In this document: positions 12,231 to 25,230 of the stretch, one piece after another
Numbering within the stretch: position 1 is the stretch's first letter
Layout: every line of letters starts with the position of its first letter
Source of the DNA: Podarcis muralis
Taxonomy: Eukaryota
Direction of reading: 5' to 3'
DNA length: 64,000 nt
Assembly (NCBI RefSeq): GCF_964188315.1
Contig: NC_135655.1
Coordinates: 82,336,001 to 82,400,000, forward strand
The notes under the pieces: generated by a model
What the model was told of the DNA's origin: nothing
The model's input: the letters and a program-made list of their open reading frames with translations, nothing else
The model's database searches: none
Made by a program: the position numbers and the translations under genes

Positions 12231-14251
12231 GTTAGATTTCACCATAGATTTCATTCAAGTGTTCTAGCCTTGTTATGTAAAGTACTTAAGCATGTTCTTC
12301 ATTTAAACGTATCAGTAATCTAACAGAAGTATCCATGCTTCCAATCATATTATGTATAATTTTAGAGATCATATGAATTGTTTTTATTTTTGGAGAAGAC
12401 TCTGGACTGTTCCCATCAAGACAATGAGCATAATATGGTTCTGAGAAAAAGAATGTTTCGTTAGTTAAACATCTTCCTGGAATAAAGGTCCCACAAAATG
12501 GTGCTGGGGAGCTGTGGCTTTAAACTGTGTCCTTTGACAGGCAGGCACGGAAGGGTTCCATCCTGTCTCTCGTCTAATGTGGGGAAGCTGCTGAGCTCAG
12601 TTATCTGCATGGAGCCTACTAACCCTGAAAGTGATACCATCCTTGGTCCTGGCACTTATCCTGATACAATGTTGAGTGATTTATCCCTGCCTGTGTTGCT
12701 TATAAACCTGATCAATAAAGTTGTGGCTATTGATTAGGAGTTGTGTCATAGTCTATCTTCTAGCTGGTTCAGTAAATATGGAAATGACAACTTCTGCATC
12801 TCTGGGTCTTTCTTACTCCTCTGAGATCAAGTCCCTCAAATTAGTAAACAGTATATCTTTCCAATTAGTATAACAGTGTTTGATCCCATATGAATACATG
12901 CAAAAGGGATTTAAAGGCAAAAGGAATTTAAGGCACAGTGGAAGAAAGATATAGCTCTTTTGCCAACCTCAGCTGACTGGACAACTGGCCTCAGTGAGAT
13001 CAGCAGCACACTCTATAGTTGCTGTGATAATTACTTACTTGAGGACTTATTTACATTACAATAAAATCACCAAACCACAGAAACAATATGGTACTGAAGT
13101 CTGGCAGTGAGGCACTTCCACTGTCAAGTAAATTTCTTCACATTAATTAAGGTAGGTAGGTAGTACATGATCACAACAGATCAGATGAGTTGTCTCCTTA
13201 CTGCCCTTGGACAGTGCGTATGACTGGGGATAGAAATGGTGGCTGAGTGTATTTCTGGGGGCTTGTGTGTGAATGTATATGTATATGAAAATATGTGTAC
13301 ATGAGAGAATGATGTTTCTGTGCGTGTTTAGGGGAAGATGAATACTACTTGTGAATGGGGTATCTGATAGGTCAGAAACATAAAAGAAGCAGACCCTGAC
13401 CTCTCCCATGGCACTTTCCCCTCAAACTTGCTGGATGAGACTCAGTGAGCTAGGCTCAGTGAGACTAGCAGAATTTCATGCCTGCTTAGGACATCCTGGA
13501 CCAGTGTGAGAATAGTAGTATAAAGCACTAAAATATATAGCTGTGTAATTCTTAAAACATTGACTTAAATCCGTACCACAATCTGATGCCTGTTTACCCT
13601 GAAGTAACGCCTACTGAATGATTTGGGGCTTACTTCAAAGTAATAAGGCATAGGACTGCAGCTTCAAAGCATTTTTAAAGATAACAGTTGCATATTAAAT
13701 GATCTAATCTGAAAATGATTTTTAAAAAGATGCATATTCACAAAGCTGGATATTAGTGCAAATGAAGAAAAAAATAGATTTTTCCCTAAAATTTATATGG
13801 AATTTATTCCGCTAATGAACTATGGGAGTAACATTTGTTAAATTATATAACTATTCTTTGCAATATCACTAGGTATTATGATAATGGTTTTTTTATATTT
13901 GCAGATTGAGGATAAAGGAGAAATTCATGCTCTGCAAGCTATGGCGCACAAGTAGCCTGTACGAATTGATAATCACAGAAATACTCATTATTAAGTACAG
14001 TGATACATTCTGACATTTTGGGTTATGACTTCTGAAGGCATTTCAGCACACTCTATCTCCAACTGCCTCTGTCCACGCACACCCTTAATATCTGGCAAGG
14101 GGGTGGAGAAGTCAAATGACCTCTTCACAGAGCAAGATGTCAAAATAGGCATCACACTACACTGCAGACTTCACTTCCTTCCCCATCTGAAGGTGCACAA
14201 AGATCCATGTTCATTCACTATAACTACAGCAGGAATAAATCAGCTGCAAAA

Positions 14252-15196
14252 ATGTCTACAAAAAATATCAGTGTTGTATCTGAATTTATTTTTGTGGGAT
14301 TTGCAGATGTACCAGAACTGAAGATTCCCATCTTCACATTGTTGCTGCTGATCTATGTTATCACTGTGGTGGGCAACCTAGGGATGATTTTGCTGATCAG
14401 AATGGACTCTCAGCTTCACACCCCCATGTACTTTTTCCTCAGTAATCTGGCTTTCTTAGATTTTTGCTATTCTTCCAACATCACCCCCAAAGCCTTAAGA
14501 ACTTTACTATCAGAGAAGAGAAACATTTCTTTCCTGGGATGCTTCATTCAGCTGTATTTCTTTGTTGCTCTGGTAGGTACAGAGTTCATGCTTTTTGGGC
14601 TAATGGCTTATGACCGCTATGTGGCCATCTGCAACCCTTTGTTGTACACATCAATCATGTCACACACCCGATGCGTCAAGATGGCTGGCGGAGCATTCAC
14701 AGCCGGTTTCTTGAACTCAATCATTCATACCACTTTGGTAGGTACTTTGTCTTTTTGCCAGTCTAATGAAATCAACCATTTCTTCTGTGAGAGCCCCCCA
14801 CTACTCAAGCTCTCATGTTCTGATACATCCATAGCTGAAACACTAGTTTTCATTTGTGCTGGAATCAATATGTTAGGCTCTCTCTTGATAATCCTGAGTT
14901 CTTACCTGTACATCCTTTTCACGGTGCTCCAGATGAAGTCAGCCAAGGGCCGCAAGAAAGCCTTTTCCACCTGCATCTCCCATCTGATTGCTGTGATCAT
15001 ATTCTATGGAACGACTATATATGTCTATTTGCAACCTAGTTCCAACTATTCAGAAGATCAGAATAAAGTCGTGTCAATGTTCTATTCCTTTGTCATCCCA
15101 ATGCTCAACCCCTTAATTTACAGTCTGAGGAACAAGGAGGTGAAGGAGGCAATGAAGAGAGTGATGGATAAGAATGCATTTTCACATTTACTATAA
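14252..15196 (+). CDS. Olfactory receptor, OR5F1-like, array copy 1 (314 aa; possible in-frame upstream ATG at 14207)
   Basis: Intact motifs; [20 protein letters not shown] and [16 protein letters not shown] match remembered human OR5F1 signatures. Confidence 0.95.
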   Translation: MSTKNISVVSEFIFVGFADVPELKIPIFTLLLLIYVITVVGNLGMILLIRMDSQLHTPMYFFLSNLAFLDFCYSSNITPKALRTLLSEKRNISFLGCFIQLYFFVALVGTEFMLFGLMAYDRYVAICNPLLYTSIMSHTRCVKMAGGAFTAGFLNSIIHTTLVGTLSFCQSNEINHFFCESPPLLKLSCSDTSIAETLVFICAGINMLGSLLIILSSYLYILFTVLQMKSAKGRKKAFSTCISHLIAVIIFYGTTIYVYLQPSSNYSEDQNKVVSMFYSFVIPMLNPLIYSLRNKEVKEAMKRVMDKNAFSHLL

Positions 15197-15579
15197 AATA
15201 CTATATCAACAGACTGTCGAATTAATTAGATTGCATATTAGATTTTATTCAAGTCCTCTAGCCTTGTTATGCAACGTACTTAAGCTGTTCTTCATTTAAA
15301 CATATCAGTAATGCAACAGAAATGTCTATGTTCTTTGCCATGTTTTTGAACATTTTAGAGAACATATGGATCCACCTTGTATTTGGAGGAGATTGTCAGG
15401 TATCCACCCTGATACAATGAGCATTGAGCTATTAGAAGACACTCCCCAAAAAGAGGTCCTCAAAATTTGCAAAAAAAGGAGCAATGCAGCAATGGCGGTA
15501 GAGCTGAATGCATGTGTTCCCAAATTAGCCTAAAATGGGTGGGAAACCTGGGGTCCTCCAAATTTCTTTGGACTCCGAT

Positions 15580-15960
15580 GATTTCCTTCATCCACACCCA
15601 GCATAGAATCCTTCTGGACCACAACGGTAAGAAGTTTTTTTTGGGGGGACAACAATTTTCTGTGTGGTTATGCTGCTTCCTGAAGTACAAGGTGGTGCTG
15701 GGTACTGTTTCGCTGAAATGTGACCTTTGACACTGAATGGTTCCATCATCTCTCACATGCTTTTGACATCTACCTGAAGAGGTTAGCTGTAGTTTGGGGG
15801 TGGAATGTCATCACAATGCTGATGACACCCAGCTCTTACTTATTGCTTCCACAATTCAATCCTGGGGAGGCATTGCAAATTCTAAACTTTTTCTAGTTTT
15901 GGAAGAAAATCAATTGAAATGTAATCAAGGTAGGACAGAAGCAACCTTGGTTGGCCATTT
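15580..15960 (+). mobile_element. Ancient L2/CR1-type reverse-transcriptase relic carried in each spacer (also about 20040-20400 and 26570-26950)
   Basis: catagaatccttctggacc and catgcttttgacatctac align with the 42 kb L2; translation HHNADDTQL...LKCNQGRTE resembles HQYADDTQL...LNPDKTE. Confidence 0.7.
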
Positions 15961-16239
15961 TAATGATCTTGGAGGAAGTACACAGACTTTTCTCGACTCT
16001 TTGTACAGAAGTGCCCTTATATTCAGAAAGATAGAATATACATTTCTGAAAGAATCTAAAGAACTAGGGTGGTTTGTTTCATACTTCACGTGGTATTAGA
16101 AGGACTTATCTGCAGGGCTAGAGGGAGGGTGAAAGAGTTTATGCTATCGGGAGAAGCAGCTGAGCTGAGTTTATCCCTGCCCTGGAAATGTGGTCTGTGT
16201 TGCTTGCGAGCCCAATAAATAAAGTTGTATCTGTTAATG

Positions 16240-16415
16240 ATCTACCTTTTAGAAATTTTTAAGATAATATTTTAGTTTTATATTATGCTGCTTTGACTGT
16301 ATACTCTATATTTTACTTTCTTCAGATAGCTTTATTTATGTTTTATAGATTTAAAATGCTGTAAACCGCTTTGAGATTTTTCTTAAAAATATAGAGTGGT
16401 ATAGAAAATAAATAA
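16240..16415 (+). mobile_element. L2-type 3' tail present only in spacer 1
   Basis: gtaaaccgctttgag...gtggtatagaaaataaataa; absent at the equivalent sites of spacers 2 and 3. Confidence 0.55.
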
Positions 16416-17959
16416 GTTAATGGCAACTTCTGAGGCTCTGGATCTTTCTTAATCCTTGGAGATCAGGTTCCCTGAAAAACAGTGTATGCTCCAATTAGTA
16501 TAAAAATGTTTGTTCCCATAGGAATGCTTGCAAGAGGAATTTAAGGCACAGTGGCAGAAAGATATAGTTCTTTTGTTAACCTCAGCAGATGGGGTAGACC
16601 TGACCCTGAATGAAATCAGCCCGACACTCTTTGCTTACTAGGATGATTACTTTATTGAGGACTTAAAGGTACATTGTAGCTCAGTCACTGAGTCACAGAA
16701 AGAAAACACTTCTGAAGGTTGGTGGTGGGGCACTTCCAATGTCAAGTGACTTTCTTCGTAGTCATACAGGTAGGTAGTTTCTGATCCCATCAAGTTACAT
16801 GTGTTCTATCATTATTGTGCTTTTACAGTGCTTCTGACTGTGGATATGAATGGTGAATGTGTGTGAATGTGTGTGTCTATACTTTCTCTGTGTGCGGTGA
16901 ACACACACATATATATGAAAGAGTGTGTGCATGAGAGAATGGGTTGTGTACTTTTAGGGATGGGTGAATACTGCTTGATGTGAATGGGGCATTTGGGTAG
17001 TTAGAATGTGAGATGGGGGGGGGAGAGGAGTGAACAGTGTATATATGTGAAATGGGAGGACTTCAGTGAAGGTATCAGATGGAATCATCCTCCAAAGAAA
17101 TTTTAATACTGTTCCAGGCAGCCCCAGTCTCCACATGGTGGGAGATTTTAGGGGTTCCAGCAATTTTTCAGGGTTCGTTTTCCTTGGAATGAAGCTCAGT
17201 GAAGACTGTGGTGCATTTAAGATATCTAGATTCATTTAGAAACATACAGTATATAACCTGAACATAAGATGGAGGGGCTCACAGCATTAACACCCCACCA
17301 GATTGTGTTTCCCTATCAGTCCCAGCTTTGGATATAGCACAGTTCCAGCATGTCTCTGTTTCTCCAGCTTCCAGCCTGCTTCCAGCTCAGTTCACACCCA
17401 CCCACCAGATTATTGTTTTCCTATCTAGCAGCTAGGTGAGCACAAGTGAATGAAACACCCACCTACTAGTCTGGAAGGCACCATCACCTAGTGGTAGCCT
17501 AGCTCATTTGTTTTGGATGCTGAAGAGGATACTTCAGGGGTCAGCTAAAGTCATTCTATTACAAGGGAACTTCTCAGACAAGATCAGCTATCTCCTCTGT
17601 TCGATTCTAAACCCTCACTGGGTACACAGAGCTCCCTGATGCTTAGCGGCTGTTTCCCACTTTACTTTTCATGGCTGCCTTACTCTGTCTAATGGCAGGG
17701 CTGGCTTTAAACCTGACACAAATATAAGTTCTCCCTTGAGCAGAAGATGTGCATGTGGCAGCCCCCTGGTATGCCTGCATAGTCCTTCCTAGAACAAGGT
17801 GACAACTATAGGCTAAAGCACTAAAATATATAGCTCTGTATGTCTTATTTAGTTATTAAGTTATTAAGAACAAAATCCCATACAACTCTACCCTGGAGTA
17901 TTTCCCACTGAACACAATGGGGCTTAGTCCCAGGTAAGTAAGCCTAGGATAACAGCTTC

Positions 17960-18005
<46 letters not shown>

Positions 18006-18009
<4 letters not shown>

Positions 18010-18236
18010 GGTTTTGGTGTCCTCGGGTGTCTTCCCGTGTAAAAGTTGGGGTGTCTAGGCGACGTTTCGACGAGGTCTCACTCGTCATCTTCAGGCTGGT
18101 GCTTTCGGCTTCTTGTTACTGGAACAGACCAGGATCCAGTCGAAACGTCGCCTAGACACCCCAACTTTTACACGGGAAGACACCCGAGGACACCAAAACC
18201 TGCATTCCTGTACCCGTGAAAATCTACGAAAGCAAA
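18006..18236. mobile_element. Penelope-like element terminus (inverted pseudo-LTR arrangement) inserted in a (TA)n tract
   Basis: Perfect 66-bp inverted repeat 18006-18071 / 18139-18204; (TA)n on both sides; the equivalent (TA)n at about 24742-24783 is empty. Confidence 0.75.
18059..18096 (-). ncRNA. Minimal type I hammerhead ribozyme motif
   Basis: Minus strand reads GC-CUGAAGA-U-GACGAG-UGAGAC-CUCGUC-GAAA-CGUC-GC: catalytic boxes, 6-bp stem II, palindromic ACGU stem III and GUC site; stem I only about 2 bp. Confidence 0.6.
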
Positions 18237-18701
18237 TATATATATATATATATATATGAATTGCATCTTAAATTATCTAACCTGAAAATGAAAAGAAAGC
18301 AGATGCAAATTCATACAGCAAAATATTAGTGTAAATTTTAAAGATAATGGATTTTCAAGAAAATTGAAAAGAAACTTGTTTAAGCAATGGAACGTTGCAA
18401 AATGATATTTGTTAAATTATAGAAATATTGTTTGTAATATCCCTAGACGTTAAGATGAGGCTTATTTTATTTTATATCTGCAGATTGAGAAGAAAAAGCA
18501 AAATCATGTTCTACAACCTAAGGCACACAAGCCTTCGGTACATATTGACAACCCAAGAAATGCCCTTTACTTAGTACAGCCAGACTTTTTTGGTTATCAT
18601 TCGCTCTTCCCAGCTGAATCCATCCTCTCCTCCAACTGAAATCATATGAAGATTCATGTTCATTCGAAATAAAAAATAGCAGGAATAAATCAGCTACAAA
18701 A

Positions 18702-19646
18702 ATGTCCACAGAAAATACCAGTGTTGTGTCTGAATTTATCTTGGGGGGACTTGTAGATGTACCGGAACTGAAGATTCCCATCTTCACATTGTTGCTGCTG
18801 ATCTATGTTATCACTGTGGTGGGCAACCTAGGGATGATTTTGCTGATCCGAATGGACTCTCAGCTGCACACCCCCATGTACTTTTTCCTCAGTAATCTGG
18901 CTTTCTTAGATTTTTGCTATTCCTCCAACATCACCCCCAAAGCCTTAAGCAATTTCCTATCAGAGAGGAGAACCATTTCTTTCCTGGGATGCTTCATCCA
19001 GCTGTATTTCTTTGTTGCTCTGGTAAGTACAGAATGCATTCTTTTTGGGCTGATGGCTTATGACCGCTATGTGGCCATCTGCAACCCTTTGTTGTACACA
19101 TCAATCATGTCACACACCCGATGCGTCAAGATGGCTGGCGGAGCATTCACAGCCGGCTTCTTGAACTCAATCATTCATACCACTTTGGTAGGTACTTTGT
19201 CTTTTTGCCAGTCTAATGAAATCAACCATTTCTTCTGTGAGATCCCCCCACTACTCAAGCTCTCATGTTCTGATACATTCATAGCTGAAACACTAGTTTT
19301 CATGTGTGCTGGAATCAATATGTTAGGCTCTCTCTTGATAATACTGAGTTCTTACCTGTACATCCTTTTCACGGTGCTCCAGATGAAGTCAGCCAAGGGC
19401 TGCAAGAAAGCCTTTTCCACCTGTATCTCCCACCTGATTGCTGTGATCATATTCTATGGAACTGGCCTGTTTATATATTTGCAACCTAGTTCCAACTATT
19501 CAGAGGATCAGAATAAATTTGGGTCAATGTTTTATGCCTTTGTCATCCCAATGCTCAACCCCTTAATTTACAGTCTGAGGAACAAGGAGGTGAAGGAGGC
19601 AATGAAGAGAGTGATGGATAAGAATGCATTTTCACATTTACTATAA
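18702..19646 (+). CDS. Olfactory receptor, OR5F1-like, array copy 2 (314 aa)
   Basis: Intact ORF and motifs; [10 protein letters not shown] variant. Confidence 0.95.
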   Translation: MSTENTSVVSEFILGGLVDVPELKIPIFTLLLLIYVITVVGNLGMILLIRMDSQLHTPMYFFLSNLAFLDFCYSSNITPKALSNFLSERRTISFLGCFIQLYFFVALVSTECILFGLMAYDRYVAICNPLLYTSIMSHTRCVKMAGGAFTAGFLNSIIHTTLVGTLSFCQSNEINHFFCEIPPLLKLSCSDTFIAETLVFMCAGINMLGSLLIILSSYLYILFTVLQMKSAKGCKKAFSTCISHLIAVIIFYGTGLFIYLQPSSNYSEDQNKFGSMFYAFVIPMLNPLIYSLRNKEVKEAMKRVMDKNAFSHLL

Positions 19647-21490
19647 AATACTATATCAACAGACTGTCAAATCAGTTCGATAGCACGTTAGATTTTATTC
19701 AAGTACTCTAGCCTTGTTATGTAAAGTATTTAAGCATGTTCTTCATTTAAGCATATCTGTAATGCAACAGAACTGTCCATGTTCTTTACCATATTTTTAA
19801 ACATTTTAGAGAACATATGGATCCCCATTGGATTTGGAGTTGATAGTCAAGTATTCACCCTGATACAATGAGCATTGAGCTATTAGAAAACACTCCCCAG
19901 AAAGAGGCCCTCAAAATTTGCAAGAAAGAAGCAATGCAAAAATGATGGTAGAGCTGAATGCATGTGTTCCCAAATTGCCTGAAATGGGTGGGAAACCTGG
20001 GGTCCTCCAGATTTCTTTGGACTCTGATGATTTCTTTCATCCACACCCAGTGTAGAATCCTTCTGGACCATAAGGGTAAGAAGGTTTTGGGGAAGAAGAA
20101 GAAAACATTGTTCTGTGTACTTCCTGAAATACAAGTTGGTGCTGGGTACTGTTTCCCTAAAATGTGACCTTTGACAGGTAGGCCCTGAATTGTTGTATCT
20201 TGTCTCCCTTGCTTTTGACATCTACCTGTAGAAGTCACCTGTAGTTTGGTCCAGGCAGACCAGCTCTTACTTATTGCTTCCACTATTCAATTCTGGCGAG
20301 GCACTGCAAATTCTAAACTTGTCATAGTTTTGGAAGAAAATCAATTGAAATGTAATCAAGGTAGGACAGAAGCAATCTTAGTTGGCCATTTTAATGATCT
20401 TGGAGGAAGTACACAGACTTTTCTCAGCCGGCTGTACAGAAGTGCCCTAATGTTCAGAAAGATAGAATATACATTTGTGAAAGAATCTAAAGAACTAGGG
20501 TGGTTGGTTTCATACCTCATGTGGTAGTACAAGCATTTATCTGCAGGGCTAGAGGGTTATGGAAAGAGTTTATACTATGTGGAGAAGCAGCTGAACTGAG
20601 TTCATCCTTGCCTTGGTAATGTGGTCTATGTTGCTCGCAAGCTCAATCAATAAAGTTGTGTCTGTTAATGGTCCACCTTTTACCTGGTCCAATAATATGG
20701 AAATAACAACTTCTGGGTCTCTGGATCTTTCTTATTCCTTGGAGATTAAGTTCACTGATAAAAAAATGTATACTCTAATTAGTATAAAAATATTTGTTCC
20801 CATAGGAATACTTGCAAAAGCAATTTAAGGCACAGTGGCAGAAAGATATAGTTCTTTTGTTAACCTCAGCAGATGGGGTAGACCTGACCCAGAATGAAAT
20901 CAGCCCCACACTCTTTGCTTACTAGGATGATTACTTTATTGAGGACTTAAAGGTACATTGTAGCTCAATCACTGAGTCACAGAGAGAAAACACTTCTGAA
21001 GGTTGGTGGTGGGGCACTTCCACTGTCAAGTGACTTTCTTTGTAGTCATACAGGTAGGTATTTTCTGATCCCACCAAGTTACATGTGTTCTATCATTATT
21101 GCCCTTTTACAGTGCTTCCGACTGGGGATATGAATGGTGGCTTTGTGTGCATGTTTGTCTCTCTCTGTGTGTGGTGCAGACACGCATATATATGAAAGAG
21201 TGTGTGCATGACAGAATGGGTTGTGTATTTTTAGGGATGAGTGAATACTGCTTGATGTGAATTGGGCATTTGGGTAGTTAGAATGTGGGGTGTTGGGGGG
21301 GGAGTGAACAGTGTATATATGTGAAATGGGAGGACTTCAGTGAAGGCATCAGATGGAATCGTCCTCCAAAAAAATGTTAATACTGTTCCAGGCATCCCCA
21401 ATCTCCAAGTGGTGGGAGATTTTAGGGTTTCCAGTGATTTTTTAGGGTTTGTTTTCCTGGAATGAAGCTCAGCGAAGACTGTGGTGCATG

Positions 21491-23985
21491 ATAGATAGAT
21501 AATTTATTATGGCCGAAGACCAGCTTATAAAGCACACTTGGGGTACAATCCCAGAAAGAAAACAAACAGTTAAAGCAATGTAGCGCAATAAATTTAAAAT
21601 TTATAAATGCGATAAGCATATAGACACTTAAAACTTTAAGATAAGCTACTGCATAGATATGACCCAGAGTCAGCCATGGAACCGAGTTTGGGGATTTTCT
21701 TCATGAACTAGTTTGAGTCAGGGGATGGTGTGAGCGTACAGATCTGTACACAGAATCTGGCTACCATCCGGGTCGTCTTATGATCTTTGCCTAACAGGAA
21801 AAGGTCAATTTTTTATTTTTCCAGTAGCTCAGCGAGCCTCACCAGTAGGGGATCAATGGTTTTACAACATGCCTCTTCATAAAAGGGACATCTAAAGAAC
21901 AAGGCTTCCTATATCCCCCAATGAACAGGCGCAAAGTCTCTGAGCATATGGGACTTTTTTTAAAGGCTCCTTCCAGGACCAGCGAGGGCAGAGCCAAGCT
22001 TCTGGCGAGTGTAAAGGCCCTTCTAGCATTTTTGGATACGAGAAAGAAGAGATATGCTGCCGGTATGGCTATATATCTCTTGATTTCTCCAATTTTATAG
22101 TCAGGGCACCTTGAGCAGTCCTGTTGTCTCTCGGTGTCTGTGATTCTTTGCCTGACCATAGCTTTTGCCTGGCCCAACCCCAGACTTAGAAGGGCTTGAG
22201 GGACAAAGCCCAGTTTCTGAAGGGTGTTCAGGACTGCTGTCAGCCAGCCTGACTGGAACTGGTCTCAGAGGATCAGTGGGGCTATTCCTCGGGGCAGCAG
22301 ATTCAATGTCAGCCATTTGTAAATTGATGTTAGGCAGATTTAAGCCTCCACTCTCATCATCCCCATTTCTAGTCTAACCCATGCATTTGAAACACATCTG
22401 GGGACTTGTAGGAGAGCCCTAAGGAGTTTAGATTGAACTCTCTCAAGGGGTGAGAAAGCAGAGGAAGGTGGGCCCAGAAAGGATCCATAAAGGAGCTGTG
22501 TCAACGTTTTGGCCTTGTATAATTTTAGTGACGCGGGGACGAAAAAGCCCCCTTCTGGTCTAAAAAATTTAAGAATACAATTTGCGGTTTTTTCTGCTGA
22601 GCTGCTGATGAAGTTTATGTGACGTTTGTTCCTGAGGCCCGTACCACCATTCCTAGATACTTATAATTTGTGACTTGTTCTAATTTATGGCCTCGAAGTT
22701 CCCAGCTTCTAAACTTTGGTTTTCCCCCAAAACTGAGTATCTTGGTCTTTTGATAGTTGATTTTGAGACATTCAGTTTCACAGTATGCTGTAAGCTTTCC
22801 TGGTGCTCTTTTGAGCCCAATGGGGGTTCTAGATTATTACCGCATCATCGGCATATAACAGGACTGAAATATGCCAGTTTGTGAGCTTCAGAGGGTGGAG
22901 TTCTAAGTCATTGAGTGCAGATCCTAAATTATTTAAATAGAAATTGAATAGTAGAGGGGCCAAAAGGCACCCTTGCCTGACTCCCTTGAAGGTTTTAATG
23001 GGGTCTGTTAGATATCCTAGGCGGCTACACCTGACTCTAAGAGCCGTGTTTGCGTGCAGTGCCTGAATTAGGAACAGAAGCCTTCTATCTATAGTGGTAC
23101 CCTGTAGTCTATCCCAGAGTCTGGTTCTGGAGACTGTATCGAAGGCTGCTTTTAGATCAACGGAAGCAGCATATAGTGAGGCCTGCCCTCCTGATATGTA
23201 TTTATCGATGAGATGTTGCAACGTTAGACAGTGATCTATCATGGACCTTCCAGGTCTAAAGCCCGCTTGTTCTATTGCCAGGATATCTTCATTCTCTAGC
23301 CATTCTGTAAACTTATTAAGGAGGTGCTTTGAGTAGAGTTTACTAATCACACTTAATAAACTGATCGGAATGTAATTCGCTGGGTCCCCTCTATTACCCT
23401 TTTTATAGAATGGGACAATTATGGCTGTTCCCCATTCCCTTGGATGCGACCAGTGTCATCTATGTAAGTAAAGAGGATGTCTAAGAAAGGTGCCCACCAA
23501 TCCGCCTGTGCTTTTATCGTTTCTGGCGTAATGCCGTCTGGGCCTGGGGCTTTGGCCGTTTTCAGCTGGTTTATAAATGATTTCACTTCAGTTACTGAAA
23601 CTGGCGGCCATTTAGCCAGTTGTTCTATATTATAATTCCGTAACGGAGGTTCAGCGTCCTCACACAAAGATTACAAGAATGAGCCCCAAAGGTTAGGGGG
23701 AATTTGTGAGGTTAAGGGGGAAATATCCTTATGGGTGCCAGAAGCTACCACTTTCCAGAATAGTGTCTGATCTTTTGCTTTTGCAGCACTAATTAATTCC
23801 AGAAACATTTTCTGGTATAGGCATCCTTTTGGTGGATTATTAGGTCTTTATACTCTTTTTTTAGGGCACAGACGGCAAGATAGGCTTGCGGTCTGACAGA
23901 AGTTTTGGCTGTCAGGGCGGCTTCGTAAGCATGTTGCAGGGCTCTCTTGGCCTCAAAACAGGTGTAATCAAACCAGGGTTTATTT
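21491..23985 (-). mobile_element. 5'-truncated, frameshifted non-LTR retrotransposon, RTE-X-like (tentative)
   Basis: KAPGPDG, EQAGFRPGRS, DLKAAFD, GVRQGCLLAPLLFN and YADD in fragments; degenerate C-terminal Cys motif; aataaa + (ctat)n tail; 12-bp TSD ctgtggtgcatg at 21479-21490 and 23986-23997. Confidence 0.85.
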
Positions 23986-25230
23986 CTGTGGTGCATGTAG
24001 GATATCTAGTTTCATTTAGAAACATACAGTATATAACCTGAGCATAAGATGGAGGGGCTCACAGCATTAACACCCCAACAGATCTTGTTTCTCTATCAGT
24101 CCCAGCTTTGGATATAGCACAGTTCCAGCATGTCTCTGTTTCTCCAGCTTCCAGCCTGCTTCCAGCTCAGTTCACACCCACCCACCAGATTATTGTTTTC
24201 CTATCTAGCAGCTAGGTGAGCACAAGTGAATGAAAGGCCCCCCTATTAGTCTGGAAGGCACCATCACCTAGTGATAGCCTAGCTCATTCGTTTTGGATGC
24301 CGAAGAGGATACTTAAGAGGTCAGCTAAAGCCATTCTATTACAAGGAACTTCTCAGACTAGTTCAGCTACCTCCTCGGTTAGATTCTAACCCTCACTGGG
24401 TACACAGAGCTCCCTGATGCTTAGCGGCTGTTTCCCACTCTACTTTTCATGGCTGCCTTACTCTGCCTAATGGCAGGGCTGTCTTTAAACCAGACACAAA
24501 CATAAGAGTTCTCCCTCAAGCAGAAGATGTGCATGTGGCAGCCCCCTGGTATGCCTACACAGTCCTTCCTAGAACAAGGTGACAACTATAGGCTAAAGCA
24601 CTAAAATATATAGATCTGTATGTCTTATTTAGTTATTAAGTTATTAAGAAGAAAATCCCATACAAGTCTACCCTGAAGTATTTCCAGCTGAATGCAATGT
24701 GGCTTAGTCCCAGGTAAGTAAGCCTAGGATAACTGCTTCAAACTATATATATATATATATATATATATAACTATATATATATGAATTGCATCTTAAATTC
24801 TCTAACCTGAAAATGAAAAGAAAGCGGATGCAAATTCATGCAGCAAAATATTACTGTAAATTTTAAAGATAAAGGATTTTCCAGAAAATTGAAGAAAAAA
24901 AACCTTGTTTAAGGAATGGAACGTTGCCAAATGATATTTGTTAAATTATAGAAATATTATTTGTAATATCCCTAGACATTAAGATGAGGCTTATTTTATT
25001 TTATATCTGCAGATTGAGAAGAAAAAGCAAAATCATGCTCTACAACCTAAGGCACACAAGCCTTCGGTACATATTGACAACCCAAGAAATGCCCTTTACT
25101 TAGTACAGCCAGACTTTTTTGGTTATCATTCGCTCTTCCCAGCTGAATCCATCCTCTCCTCCAACTGAAATCATATGAAGATTCATGTTCATTCGAAATA
25201 AAAAATAGCAGGAATAAATCAGCTACAAAA

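Larger units (their letters stand above)
17931..18483 (+). promoter_or_regulatory. Predicted 5'-UTR intron of array copy 2 (donor CAG|GTAAGT at 17933/17934, acceptor at 18483); equivalent donor 24713/24714 and acceptor 25012 for copy 3
   Basis: Consensus donor and pyrimidine-rich acceptor about 220 nt upstream of the ATG; the acceptor is conserved in all four copies (13904, 18483, 25012, 29040); no transcript evidence. Confidence 0.4.

Noticed and set aside
15794-16099. ORF of about 90-120 aa repeated in three spacers (also 20246-20527 and 26726-27085) as a novel gene
   Set aside because: It is a decayed L2/CR1 RT relic (NADDTQL); the repetition only reflects recent duplication
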